Assembly (NCBI GenBank): GCA_050949315.1
Contig: JBMNFL010000001.1
Location: forward strand, 322,043 to 386,042
Direction: 5' to 3'
DNA from: Bacilli bacterium
Lineage (GTDB): Bacteria; Bacillota_I; Bacilli_A; RFN20; UBA1709
Length of the DNA: 64,000 bases
In this document: positions 9,021-18,038 of the stretch, piece by piece
Numbering within the stretch: position 1 is the first letter of the stretch
Layout: the number at the start of each line of letters is the position of its first letter
Position numbers and translations under genes: made by a program
Notes under the pieces: generated by a model
Told to the model about the DNA's origin: nothing
The model's input: the letters and a program-made list of their open reading frames with translations, nothing else
Database searches by the model: none

Positions 9021-10476
9021 ATTCTATATCCGTATAGGACCAATTTAGTACTTCTTCTCCTGAATACTGTTCAGCCTCGTGCCAAATCTTTTCAAGATTG
9101 TAATTACTACGCTCCTCGCCTTTGAAAATATTGATGACAACATCAAAGGCATCAACTAAGATCCAATTCTTATCGTTGCGCCCCTCAATGTGGTGTAAAG
9201 GATATTTATATTCAGCTAGCAAATCTTCAACCATATAAGCCAAGGCTTGTAACTGGCGTTCATTATGGGCTTCACAATTTAGATAATACTTAACTAAAGG
9301 ACTATACTTCTCAACATCAATAATGACGATGTTATCGGCAAAGCGTTCATCAAGGGCCTTGACAAGTTTTTTCAATAAATAGATTTCCTTGATTTTCAAA
9401 CAACGAGCTTCCAGTTTTAAAATGTCGCTCTCTTTTTCAAGTTTGACACCTTTTTTAATTAAAAAACGTAAATCATCAAGGAAGGTAAAGGCAAAGCCGA
9501 CTTCTAAGTCCTCTAAACAACGTTCAGTCAAGAAAGTTGAGTCATAGCCTCTACCCGGCTCTACTTTATCGGCACAGTAGACTAATTTCGCTAATTTACT
9601 CATCTTTGGTCTAGCCGTAGTGTGGGTTTCAATGGCCTGTAAAATCTCCTCATCTTCAATGCCAAACATCCGCTTGGCGATAATTCTGCCAAGATATTGA
9701 TGATGGAGTTTGGGGTTTTCCTTGAGTTTATCTGGAAAATGTTCTTGCATCAAAGCAAGTTGTTCTTTTTCGTCTAATTCTTTAGCGCAATCATGAACTA
9801 AAGCGGCAATATAGGCCTTTTTATGGTCGAGTTTATTGGCTCTAGCAATCTTTACTGCTAATCTTGCCACTCTAAGACTATGCTTATAACGCTCTTTAGA
9901 AAGTAAAGGGCGCAGGATTTCTTTATAGTATAAACCTTCCTCTTTGATTATTTTTTGCACTTCTAAAGGGCACAAGGCAAAGTCGCCCTGTCTTACTTGG
10001 CTACTAGAATCCATTGTCCCTACTAAGCCGATATCTTTAACTTTATAACGCTCAAAATTCTCAAGATTTAACGTATAACCTTCCCGCTTCACATAAATAA
10101 ATTGCAGCATTTTAACTAAACTATCGATTTCTTTCCACTTATGCAACTTGTTTACTTGGTCAGTGCCAATTAAGAAATAAAAGTCATATTTAGGATATTT
10201 ATCTTTTAGATAAAGCATGGTATCAATCGTGTAAGTCACATGATCAAAAGTCGGAACTTCTTCACAGAGTTTTAAGTTGGGATAGTCTTTAATGGCCGCT
10301 TTTACTAAACGCTTGCGCTGAGTTTTAGCTAGAACGCTCTCACTCTTCCAACGCGGTTTCGCACTGACATCAAACCAGACCTCACTCTTAAGTTTACTAG
10401 AGGCCTGTAAAGCTACCTCAACATGGGTTTGGTGAATGGGATTAAAAGCTCCCCCAAAAATAATTATCTTCGTCAT
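9019..10476 (-). CDS. nadD: tripartite fusion: nicotinate-nucleotide adenylyltransferase (NadD) + HD-domain YqeK + ribosome silencing factor RsfS
   Basis: N-terminal GGAFNPIHQTH NadD motif; central HD domain (VHDCAK...HTTARPKMS...CADKVEPGR); C-terminal RsfS (NERQLQALA...WILVDAFDVVINIF...NYNLEKIW), all in one 485-aa frame. Confidence 0.8.
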   Translation of the reverse strand: MTKIIIFGGAFNPIHQTHVEVALQASSKLKSEVWFDVSAKPRWKSESVLAKTQRKRLVKAAIKDYPNLKLCEEVPTFDHVTYTIDTMLYLKDKYPKYDFYFLIGTDQVNKLHKWKEIDSLVKMLQFIYVKREGYTLNLENFERYKVKDIGLVGTMDSSSQVRQGDFALCPLEVQKIIKEEGLYYKEILRPLLSKERYKHSLRVARLAVKIARANKLDHKKAYIAALVHDCAKELDEKEQLALMQEHFPDKLKENPKLHHQYLGRIIAKRMFGIEDEEILQAIETHTTARPKMSKLAKLVYCADKVEPGRGYDSTFLTERCLEDLEVGFAFTFLDDLRFLIKKGVKLEKESDILKLEARCLKIKEIYLLKKLVKALDERFADNIVIIDVEKYSPLVKYYLNCEAHNERQLQALAYMVEDLLAEYKYPLHHIEGRNDKNWILVDAFDVVINIFKGEERSNYNLEKIWHEAEQYSGEEVLNWSYTDIE

Positions 10477-10477
10477 A

Positions 10478-10771
10478 TTAATACCTACTTAGATTATAAA
10501 GTCGCTTCTTTGAAGGACGATATAAAGTAATGACCTTTCCTATAATTTGCACTAAAATCGCCTTGCTTTGACTAGCTAGATCCAAAGCTAGGAGGCGTAA
10601 TTCGTCTTTATCCTTAGTTAGGGCGTGAATTTTGATTAATTCATTGGCACTAAGGGCTTTATCTATCAGTACTAAGAAATTAGCACTAAGACCTTCTTTA
10701 CCCAGTTGATAAAGAGCCTTGAGAGTTTGGGCTTCGCTTCTAAGATAACTCAATTGTTTATTTGTTAGCAA
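10478..10771 (-). CDS. yhbY: YhbY/CRS1 family RNA-binding protein
   Basis: 97-aa CRM domain; sits where yqeI lies in the yqeG operon. Confidence 0.8.
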   Translation of the reverse strand: MLTNKQLSYLRSEAQTLKALYQLGKEGLSANFLVLIDKALSANELIKIHALTKDKDELRLLALDLASQSKAILVQIIGKVITLYRPSKKRLYNLSRY

Positions 10772-11894
10772 GATTGTTACCTCCTATCATAGGCTCGCTT
10801 AAACTGACCTTAATCCCTTTGGGGACATAGACCTTGATTTTTTGACTGCCCTTTAACAAATCAAACCAGCCTAAGCCACTGATCATAATTGAAATGCGCT
10901 CATGGTCAATAAGTTTAAATTCATAACAATCCATACTGGCCTTAGATAAATAACAATTGGCCTTAGGGACATAATCGGGATTGAGCTGGGCGGTATCAAA
11001 TTTCTCGGCCGAATTTTCCGTCTTGACTCTAAAGGTTTTAAGGCCGTTTGAACCATAGAAAAGAAAGATACTGGGCGCGCCTTCTAGATAATCAATACAA
11101 ACTAGAGAACCGATAAATAGCGATTGACCGCTAGCTAAAGTGATACTCAAAGGCTTGATCTCCCGCGAATTCATCACTAACTTGAGATTTTTATGATCTA
11201 AATAACGATAAAGACAACTATCACTAACCATACCTGGGGTATCAAAAAGATAGATATTACCCGGCAGGGGAATTTTAATGGTACTGATGGTGGTGCCAGG
11301 GAAAATACTAGAAGTTATATACTGATTGGTCTCATTATCATACTGCTCCAAAAGAATATTAATTAGACTAGATTTACCAACGTTGGCGTTGCCGATGACA
11401 TAGATGTTTTTATGATTGGCGTGGTTATAGATACGCTGGAAAAGTCCATCGGTATTCTTCTTATTTCTCGTGGAAATCAAAACCATATCAACATACTTGA
11501 TCCCCAGTTGATTTAATTTTTTACTACACCAATATTTGATTTTATCTTCTTTTAATGATTTGGGTAAAAGATCGTATTTATTGATGACCACAAAAATGGG
11601 ACAATGGGGAACATAATCCATCAAATCGCCAATAATACTGCCATCAAAATTAAATAAATCGATGACATAGACCAATAAATTTTGCTCCTTATTAGCGGTT
11701 ATTAACAGTTTTTCATACTCTTTACCAACGGTGGGGACAGTAAAGAATTGACCATAGTGTCGCAACTTAAAACAACGCTGACAAATGGCATCCTCACGAT
11801 TATACAAGGTCGCGGGGATATAACCTTGTTCCTGATCATCTAAGGTCTGTAAAATCGCCCCACAACCAGGACATCTCTTCTCTTCTACCATCAC
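10758..11894 (-). CDS. yqeH: ribosome biogenesis GTPase YqeH
   Basis: N-terminal Cys4 zinc finger and circularly permuted GTPase (GNANVGKSS). Confidence 0.85.
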   Translation of the reverse strand: MMVEEKRCPGCGAILQTLDDQEQGYIPATLYNREDAICQRCFKLRHYGQFFTVPTVGKEYEKLLITANKEQNLLVYVIDLFNFDGSIIGDLMDYVPHCPIFVVINKYDLLPKSLKEDKIKYWCSKKLNQLGIKYVDMVLISTRNKKNTDGLFQRIYNHANHKNIYVIGNANVGKSSLINILLEQYDNETNQYITSSIFPGTTISTIKIPLPGNIYLFDTPGMVSDSCLYRYLDHKNLKLVMNSREIKPLSITLASGQSLFIGSLVCIDYLEGAPSIFLFYGSNGLKTFRVKTENSAEKFDTAQLNPDYVPKANCYLSKASMDCYEFKLIDHERISIMISGLGWFDLLKGSQKIKVYVPKGIKVSLSEPMIGGNNLANK

Positions 11895-12403
11895 TCCACC
11901 CCCTTCAGTCTACCACGTTTTTTTAACTTTTTCCTGATGATCTTATCAATAAAACGCAGGGGTCTAGTAATCGGTAAATCCCGCGGACTAAAAGGTTCAA
12001 CTAAAATACTTTTAAAACCCAAACGATTGGCGAACCAAATATCCGTTAGTAGTTGATCACCGATGAGTATACTTTTATCAAGATCGACATTTTTTGCCTT
12101 AATGAAAGCTTTGAGTCTATTACGAAGAGGTTTACCGGTGGAACCAAAGTATTCAACCTGCAAGGCATCCGCCACTTTCTTGACTCGGTTTTCATGATTG
12201 TTAGAAATAATAAATAAGCGAAACCCCAAGGCCTTACACTTAGAGACGAAGGCATAAGACTCTTCACTTGGCAAGGGATTGTGAGCGGCGGTCAAGGTGT
12301 TATCAAGATCACAAAAAACATCAACAAAACCCATATCTTTTAATTTTTGGAGGGGGATATCACAGATTTTTTGGTGATACCAAGTTGGTTGTAATTTTCT
12401 CAT
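11891..12403 (-). CDS. yqeG: YqeG family HAD phosphatase
   Basis: 170-aa HAD-IIIA; DxD-type start (VFCDLDNTL). Confidence 0.8.
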   Translation of the reverse strand: MRKLQPTWYHQKICDIPLQKLKDMGFVDVFCDLDNTLTAAHNPLPSEESYAFVSKCKALGFRLFIISNNHENRVKKVADALQVEYFGSTGKPLRNRLKAFIKAKNVDLDKSILIGDQLLTDIWFANRLGFKSILVEPFSPRDLPITRPLRFIDKIIRKKLKKRGRLKGVE

Positions 12404-12405
12404 AA

Positions 12406-14943
12406 CTATAGATCATCTAAATAGTCAAAAATGGTTTGTTGACTATCCTCCTCTTCTTTAGTGGTGGGCTTATTTTCAATTATCTCTTCAGTAGGCTCAT
12501 AGGTTTTGGTCTGCTCATCAATAACGGCAAAACTACCATCGGAAATTACTGTAAACCTTTCAGTCGGGTCTTCTAAAAGCGTTGACCTTATAATGCGGGC
12601 TAAAGCCGTAGCCTTGGTTGTTTCAAAAGTGATTTCTCTACTCCCTGAAATTGTCGATAAAACATTGATTTTATTATTTTCAGGATAAAGAACTGCCCCA
12701 ACCAAATGATGAGTTTCTGAACGATAATATCTATATAATTCAAGCGGTTTTATTAAGCGATTACCATAAGTTAAGTTATAGGGATTAAAAACCTTTAAAC
12801 CCCCGCGGTCAGTGATGATAAGCGCATTGGTTTTGACACCCTTATTTAAAACTAACATGGCGGCGATCTCATCATCCTTAGCTAATTTTAAAGCCTTAAC
12901 CCCAGCGGCTCTTACCCCAACTAGTGAGACCTTATTTTCATGATAAGCATTGATCTTGCCTTTTCTAGTGAGCACTAAAATTTTGCTATCACCATCGGCA
13001 TAAGCCATAGAAACCAGAGCATCACCTTCAGAAATATTCATCGCCTTTAAGGGCTTGCTATAACGCTGAACCACATAATCGGCTAAGCGGGTGCGCTTGA
13101 TTAAGCCCTCTTCACTACACAAGACCAAACTGACATCCTTGCTAAAATCTTTAACTAAGATCGTGGCAATAATTTTTTCATCCCCAGCCAAACTGATGAT
13201 ATTGCTGATATGTTTACCCTCATCTTTCCACTTGTTCTCACTCAACTCATGAATTGGAATATAAAGATAATTGGCTTTATCGGTAAAAGCTAGAAGAATA
13301 TCGGCGGTATTGGCTTGCCCAGTAGCGACAATGATATCCCCATTTTTACAACCTGGCATTGCCCCTTCCCCACTAGCACTATAAGACTTCAAAGATGAGC
13401 GCTTAAAGTAACCATCTCTAGAAACGGCAATCATGACATCCTCTTTGAGGATGGGCTTCTTATCGACATTATATTCTTTAAAGTCCTCTTCCAAAGTTGA
13501 AAGACGGGGACTTGGATATTTCTTAGCAAGTTCACTTAACTCCCTAGTAAGAATGTTCTTAATCTTCTTTTCATTATCTTTAATGGCTGAGAGTTCGGCT
13601 ACCTTGCTTTCAAGTTCTAAACCCTCTTCCTTTAAACTTAAAACATCCGCGGCATTTAAGCGATAGAGTTGTAAGGTCACAATGGCTTCGGCCTGCATCT
13701 CTGTTAAGGAAAAGCGACTCATCAAGCCCTTCTTAGCCTCATCTTTACTCTTACTCGCTCGCACAATCCGGATAACCTCATCAAGATTGCTAACAGCGAT
13801 GATAAGACCACTGACAATGTGCAGACGCTGCTCGGCCTTTCTTAAATCAAACTTAACGCGCCTATTGATCACTTCAACTTGATGTTTGATATAGTAATCC
13901 AAAATGGGCAGCAAGCCGACCTGCAAGGGTTGTTTATCACAGATAACTACCATGTTATAACTGTAACGTACCGAAAGGTCAGTCTTCTTCATTAAATAGG
14001 TTTTAATACTATCATGATCGGCATCTTTATGTAAATCAATGACAATACGTAAACCGCTGCGATCCGATTCATCGCGCACTTCTAAAATGCCATCAATCTC
14101 TTTATCGTTACGAATCTTATCAATAGCCGCAACTAATTGGCTCTTAACGACGGCAAAAGGAATTTCACTAATCACTAGGGATCGACAATTCTTACTGTTG
14201 ACAAACTCGGTTTTCGCGGTAATCTGCACTTGACCAGAACCACTTTCAAAAGCATCGATAACCCCTTGTTTCCCACGGACGATGCCGCCAGTTGGAAAAT
14301 CAGGTCCTGGGATAACTTCTAGTATTTCATTTAAAGAACAAGTGGGATTTTTTAAACGGTAAACCGTCGCTTCACAGACTTCTTTAAAGTTATGCGGCGG
14401 GATATTGGTGCGATAACCAGCAGCAATTCCTTCCGAACCATTGACTAAAAGATTGGGAAAATAGGCTGGTAAAACCGTTGGTTCCTGATTGGTATCATCA
14501 TAGTTTGGGGCAAAATTAACCGTATCCTTTTCAATATCTTTTAATAGTTCCATGCTGATGGGAGCAAGACGGGCTTCGGTATAACGCATGGCGGCAGGTG
14601 GGTCAGCATCTAAAGAGCCATTGTTACCCTGCATATCTATTAAGGGTTGGTTTTGTTTCCACCACTGGCTCATCCTCACCATGGCATCATAAACTGAAGT
14701 GTCGCCATGTGGATGATAATGACCAATAACAAAACCCACAGCCGTAGCCGCTTTCCTATAAGCCTTAGTTGGAACGTTGCCATTAACTAACATCGCATAG
14801 ATTATTCTTCTTTGCACAGGTTTTAAACCATCACGCACATCGGGTAAGGCCCGATCCTGAATGATGTATTTCGAATATTTACCAAAACGATCGCCGAGGA
14901 TAAAATCTAAGGGTAAGTTAATAATTCTTTTAACTTCTTCCAT
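12406..14943 (-). CDS. parC: DNA topoisomerase IV subunit A
   Basis: RALPDVRDGLKPVQRRIIYAM...HPHGDTSVYDAMVRMSQWW is the ParC-type signature; adjacent parE; no GyrA-box. Confidence 0.8.
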   Translation of the reverse strand: MEEVKRIINLPLDFILGDRFGKYSKYIIQDRALPDVRDGLKPVQRRIIYAMLVNGNVPTKAYRKAATAVGFVIGHYHPHGDTSVYDAMVRMSQWWKQNQPLIDMQGNNGSLDADPPAAMRYTEARLAPISMELLKDIEKDTVNFAPNYDDTNQEPTVLPAYFPNLLVNGSEGIAAGYRTNIPPHNFKEVCEATVYRLKNPTCSLNEILEVIPGPDFPTGGIVRGKQGVIDAFESGSGQVQITAKTEFVNSKNCRSLVISEIPFAVVKSQLVAAIDKIRNDKEIDGILEVRDESDRSGLRIVIDLHKDADHDSIKTYLMKKTDLSVRYSYNMVVICDKQPLQVGLLPILDYYIKHQVEVINRRVKFDLRKAEQRLHIVSGLIIAVSNLDEVIRIVRASKSKDEAKKGLMSRFSLTEMQAEAIVTLQLYRLNAADVLSLKEEGLELESKVAELSAIKDNEKKIKNILTRELSELAKKYPSPRLSTLEEDFKEYNVDKKPILKEDVMIAVSRDGYFKRSSLKSYSASGEGAMPGCKNGDIIVATGQANTADILLAFTDKANYLYIPIHELSENKWKDEGKHISNIISLAGDEKIIATILVKDFSKDVSLVLCSEEGLIKRTRLADYVVQRYSKPLKAMNISEGDALVSMAYADGDSKILVLTRKGKINAYHENKVSLVGVRAAGVKALKLAKDDEIAAMLVLNKGVKTNALIITDRGGLKVFNPYNLTYGNRLIKPLELYRYYRSETHHLVGAVLYPENNKINVLSTISGSREITFETTKATALARIIRSTLLEDPTERFTVISDGSFAVIDEQTKTYEPTEEIIENKPTTKEEEDSQQTIFDYLDDL

Positions 14944-16875
14944 TTATTTTACCTCCCTGAGAAAATCGTCTTCTAAGGTGAATTTGATGTTTTCTTCAAT
15001 CCAGTTACGCCTTAATTTGGCATCTTTACCCATTAAAACCGTCACTTTTTTCTCCGTGGCAACGAGATTATCGATTTTTACCTGAATTAAAGAACGCGTT
15101 TTAGGATTCATAGTAGTTTCCCATAGTTGACCGGGATTCATCTCACCTAGACCTTTATAACGTTGGATGCTATAACCTGCCCCAATCTTTTCCTTAGCGG
15201 CCTTTAAGTCTTCCTCGTCCCAGCAATAAACGGATTTTTCTTTCTTCCCGACATACTTATAAACTTTGTAAAGTGGTGGTAAAGCCACATAAACTCGTCC
15301 TGCCTCAATCAAGGCCCGCATGTAGCGGAAGAAGAAGGTTAAAAGTAAGACTTGAATATGGGCCCCATCGGTATCCGCATCAGTCATGATGATAACTTTA
15401 CCATAGTTGCAATCATTCAAAGAAAAACTTTGGCCATAACCAGCCCCGATGGTATAGATCATGGTGGAAATCTCTTCGTTTTTAAGTAGGTCCGCTAAAT
15501 CACTGCGCTCAGAGTTGATAACCTTGCCTCTCAGAGGCAAAATCGCTTGATATAGTCGGTCACGACCCTGTTTAGCCGAACCACCTGCTGAATCACCTTC
15601 AACCAAAAACAACTCACATTCACTGCTCTTTTTGGATTGAGCTGGGGTTAATTTGCCGCTTAATAAGCGCTCGGCCTTAACTCTTTTACCACTGCGGGCT
15701 TCTTCTCTAGCCTTTCTTGCCGCTTCGCGCGCCAAACTAGCTTTTTTGGCCCGATTGATGATCTTATTGGCCATCTCTTTATTTTCTTCTAAGTAATAGG
15801 TAAAGCGTTCGGTCAGGACACTATCTACCGCATTACGAACTTCAGGAGAGCCTAGTTTTGATTTAGTTTGACCCTCAAACTGAAGATATTTTTCGGGTAC
15901 CTTGACTGAGACAATGGCAGTTAAACCCTCGCGGTAATCAGAACTATCAATCTTATCGCGCTCTTTGATTATATTGTATTTTTTGGCATAGTCATTCAAA
16001 CAACGGGTAAAAGCCGTGCGAAAACCCGTTTCGTGGGTGCCGCCATCAATCGTTTTTACATTATTAGCAAAAGAAATTATGGTCTCATCGTATTCAGTGG
16101 TATACTGCATCACAATCTCCACTTTTGTGCTGTTATAAGTATCAACAAAAGACATGATCGGTGTTAGAACTTCCTTATCTTCATTGATAAATTGACAGTA
16201 GGCAATCAGACCATCTTGATAACAGTAATTGGCCACTTTTTCACTTCGCTCATCGATGAGCACCAACTCAACGCCTGGTAGTAAAAAGGCGCTTTCCTGC
16301 AACCTCTCGGCAATTAAAGAGAATTTAAACTCGGTGCTGGAGAAGATTTTGGGATCAGGTAAAAAACGCACAATTGTCCCAGTACGCGTGGTTGTTCGAC
16401 TTAAATCGGCTTTGCCGATAATACTTCCACCCTTTTCATAACGCTGATTAAAAACCTTGCCATCTTTATAAATCGTGACATCTAAATACTCACTAAGTGC
16501 TGTGACTACCGCCGCCCCAACACCATGTAAACCGACACTAGCTGAATAGACCTTATCGCTAAATTTACCACCGGCATGTAAAATCGTATAGACGACCTGG
16601 GGAGTGGGTACTCCCGACTTGTGACGACCTGTTGGTATACCTCGACCAAAATCCTCCACGCTTAAAGAACCATCCTTGTGAATGGTTAAAATTATCTTCT
16701 TACCAAACCCCATCATCGCTTCATCGATGGAGTTATCAACTATTTCCCAAACGCAGTGATGAAGACCTCGATAATCGGTGGAACCAATATACATAGCCGG
16801 CCTTTTACGAACAGCACTCAGCCCCTCTAAAATCTCTATTGTTCCTTCCGAATAATTTCTATCTTCTCTCGCCAT
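14944..16875 (-). CDS. parE: DNA topoisomerase IV subunit B
   Basis: GHKL ATPase and TOPRIM domains; immediately upstream of parC. Confidence 0.8.
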   Translation of the reverse strand: MAREDRNYSEGTIEILEGLSAVRKRPAMYIGSTDYRGLHHCVWEIVDNSIDEAMMGFGKKIILTIHKDGSLSVEDFGRGIPTGRHKSGVPTPQVVYTILHAGGKFSDKVYSASVGLHGVGAAVVTALSEYLDVTIYKDGKVFNQRYEKGGSIIGKADLSRTTTRTGTIVRFLPDPKIFSSTEFKFSLIAERLQESAFLLPGVELVLIDERSEKVANYCYQDGLIAYCQFINEDKEVLTPIMSFVDTYNSTKVEIVMQYTTEYDETIISFANNVKTIDGGTHETGFRTAFTRCLNDYAKKYNIIKERDKIDSSDYREGLTAIVSVKVPEKYLQFEGQTKSKLGSPEVRNAVDSVLTERFTYYLEENKEMANKIINRAKKASLAREAARKAREEARSGKRVKAERLLSGKLTPAQSKKSSECELFLVEGDSAGGSAKQGRDRLYQAILPLRGKVINSERSDLADLLKNEEISTMIYTIGAGYGQSFSLNDCNYGKVIIMTDADTDGAHIQVLLLTFFFRYMRALIEAGRVYVALPPLYKVYKYVGKKEKSVYCWDEEDLKAAKEKIGAGYSIQRYKGLGEMNPGQLWETTMNPKTRSLIQVKIDNLVATEKKVTVLMGKDAKLRRNWIEENIKFTLEDDFLREVK

Positions 16876-16895
16876 TAATAAACCTCTTTTCCTGG

Positions 16896-16942
16896 AAAAA
16901 CGGATAAAACATATCCGTTTATTTACTTACAAAGCCATTATA
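16896..16942 (-). promoter_or_regulatory. parE leader: TATAAT -10 (16937-16942) followed by stem-loop AAACGGAU-N7-AUCCGUUU plus U5 just 5' of the SD
   Basis: 8-bp perfect stem at 16898-16920 followed by UUUUU on the transcribed (minus) strand, about 20 nt upstream of the parE RBS. Confidence 0.35.
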
Positions 16943-17021
16943 CAAGATTTTTTAAACTTTTTCATTACTTTCTTGCAATTTTTTGTTATTATAATCATAG
17001 TTTTAAAAGGGAGGGCTTTCG

Positions 17022-17687
17022 ATGGAAATACTTTGTTTACTAATCTGTGCGGTTCTGGCTTACTTAATCGGTGCCATCCCCTGGGCGATAATCATCAGCA
17101 GGCTTTTTTTCCATATCGATGTCCGTGACTATGGCTCCCGTAACGCTGGCGGAACTAATGCTGGCCGCGTCATGGGCAAGCGCATCGGTTTGCTGGTTAT
17201 CGTTTTAGATACTTGTAAAATTCTTATAATTTTTCTACTGAATCGCTTGATCATCTTTAATTTCTTTGGCTTTACCTCAGCCGACATGATTTATACCTAC
17301 TGTCAGTTATTGTCGACCGTTTGCGCGACTCTTGGGCATTGCTACCCCATCTATTGTAGTTTTAAAGGCGGTAAGGCTGTTTCTTGTTCAACTGGTTTTG
17401 TCGCTTTCACCAACTGGATAATCTTCCCAATTTGTTTTTTAACTTTTATCGGCATCTTAAAGAAAACAAAATATGTTTCCCTTTCTTCAATGACCTCTTC
17501 ATTTATTTCAGTTATCCTAGCTTTTATCGCCCCACTTGCTAAACTTGGCTTATGGTTTGATATCCAATATGACATTGTTTATCCTTTAACAGCGACCATG
17601 CTTTTTATCATCTTGTTTTTCCGCCACAGCGAAAATATCAAAAGGCTTAAAAACGGTGTTGAGAATAAAATTACTTGGCTTAAATAA
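17022..17687 (+). CDS. plsY: glycerol-3-phosphate acyltransferase PlsY
   Basis: GSRNAGGTNAGRVMG motif; polytopic membrane protein. Confidence 0.9.
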   Translation: MEILCLLICAVLAYLIGAIPWAIIISRLFFHIDVRDYGSRNAGGTNAGRVMGKRIGLLVIVLDTCKILIIFLLNRLIIFNFFGFTSADMIYTYCQLLSTVCATLGHCYPIYCSFKGGKAVSCSTGFVAFTNWIIFPICFLTFIGILKKTKYVSLSSMTSSFISVILAFIAPLAKLGLWFDIQYDIVYPLTATMLFIILFFRHSENIKRLKNGVENKITWLK

Positions 17688-17696
17688 ATAAAAAAA

Positions 17697-17725
17697 GTAT
17701 CACGATTTGTGATACTATTTTTGAG
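17697..17725. terminator. bidirectional terminator plsY/yneF
   Basis: AGUAUCAC-GAUU-GUGAUACU hairpin flanked by A-run and T-run. Confidence 0.65.
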
Positions 17726-17975
17726 CATGCATTGAATTCATCACTTGTCTGATTTGTGCCTCGGAAGGTTTCCTTCCCATCGATAAGAACATCGCACGAA
17801 TCATTTTTTCATTAACAGGAGGGTTTTTCTTAAGCTCGCGCTTAAACAACCATCTTGAGAAGAAGAAGGTCGCGATGGCGCCGACGGCTAGTCCGATAAA
17901 AGCCCACCAAAAGCCAGTCCAACCAGAGCCAGTTGATTCCGCCAGCACTGGACTATTTATTAATAATTTAATCAT
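17715..17975 (-). CDS. yneF: UPF0154 family small membrane protein (YneF-like)
   Basis: N-terminal TM and KKNPPVNEKMIRAMF...GRKPSEAQIRQVMNSM, as in B. subtilis YneF; adjacent to tkt as in B. subtilis. Confidence 0.7.
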   Translation of the reverse strand: MIKLLINSPVLAESTGSGWTGFWWAFIGLAVGAIATFFFSRWLFKRELKKNPPVNEKMIRAMFLSMGRKPSEAQIRQVMNSMHAQK

Positions 17976-18038
17976 TAATCACACCTCCTAAAATCAATGA
18001 TTATTTTAAACGATACTAAGAATTTTGACAACCACTAT

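Noticed and set aside
12506-14233. Several 60-77-aa plus-strand ORFs inside parC (12506-12688, 13433-13666, 13682-13882, 14039-14233)
   Set aside because: Antisense shadow ORFs within a well-supported long CDS; Ser/Leu-rich low-complexity translations typical of the reverse complement of AT-rich coding sequence
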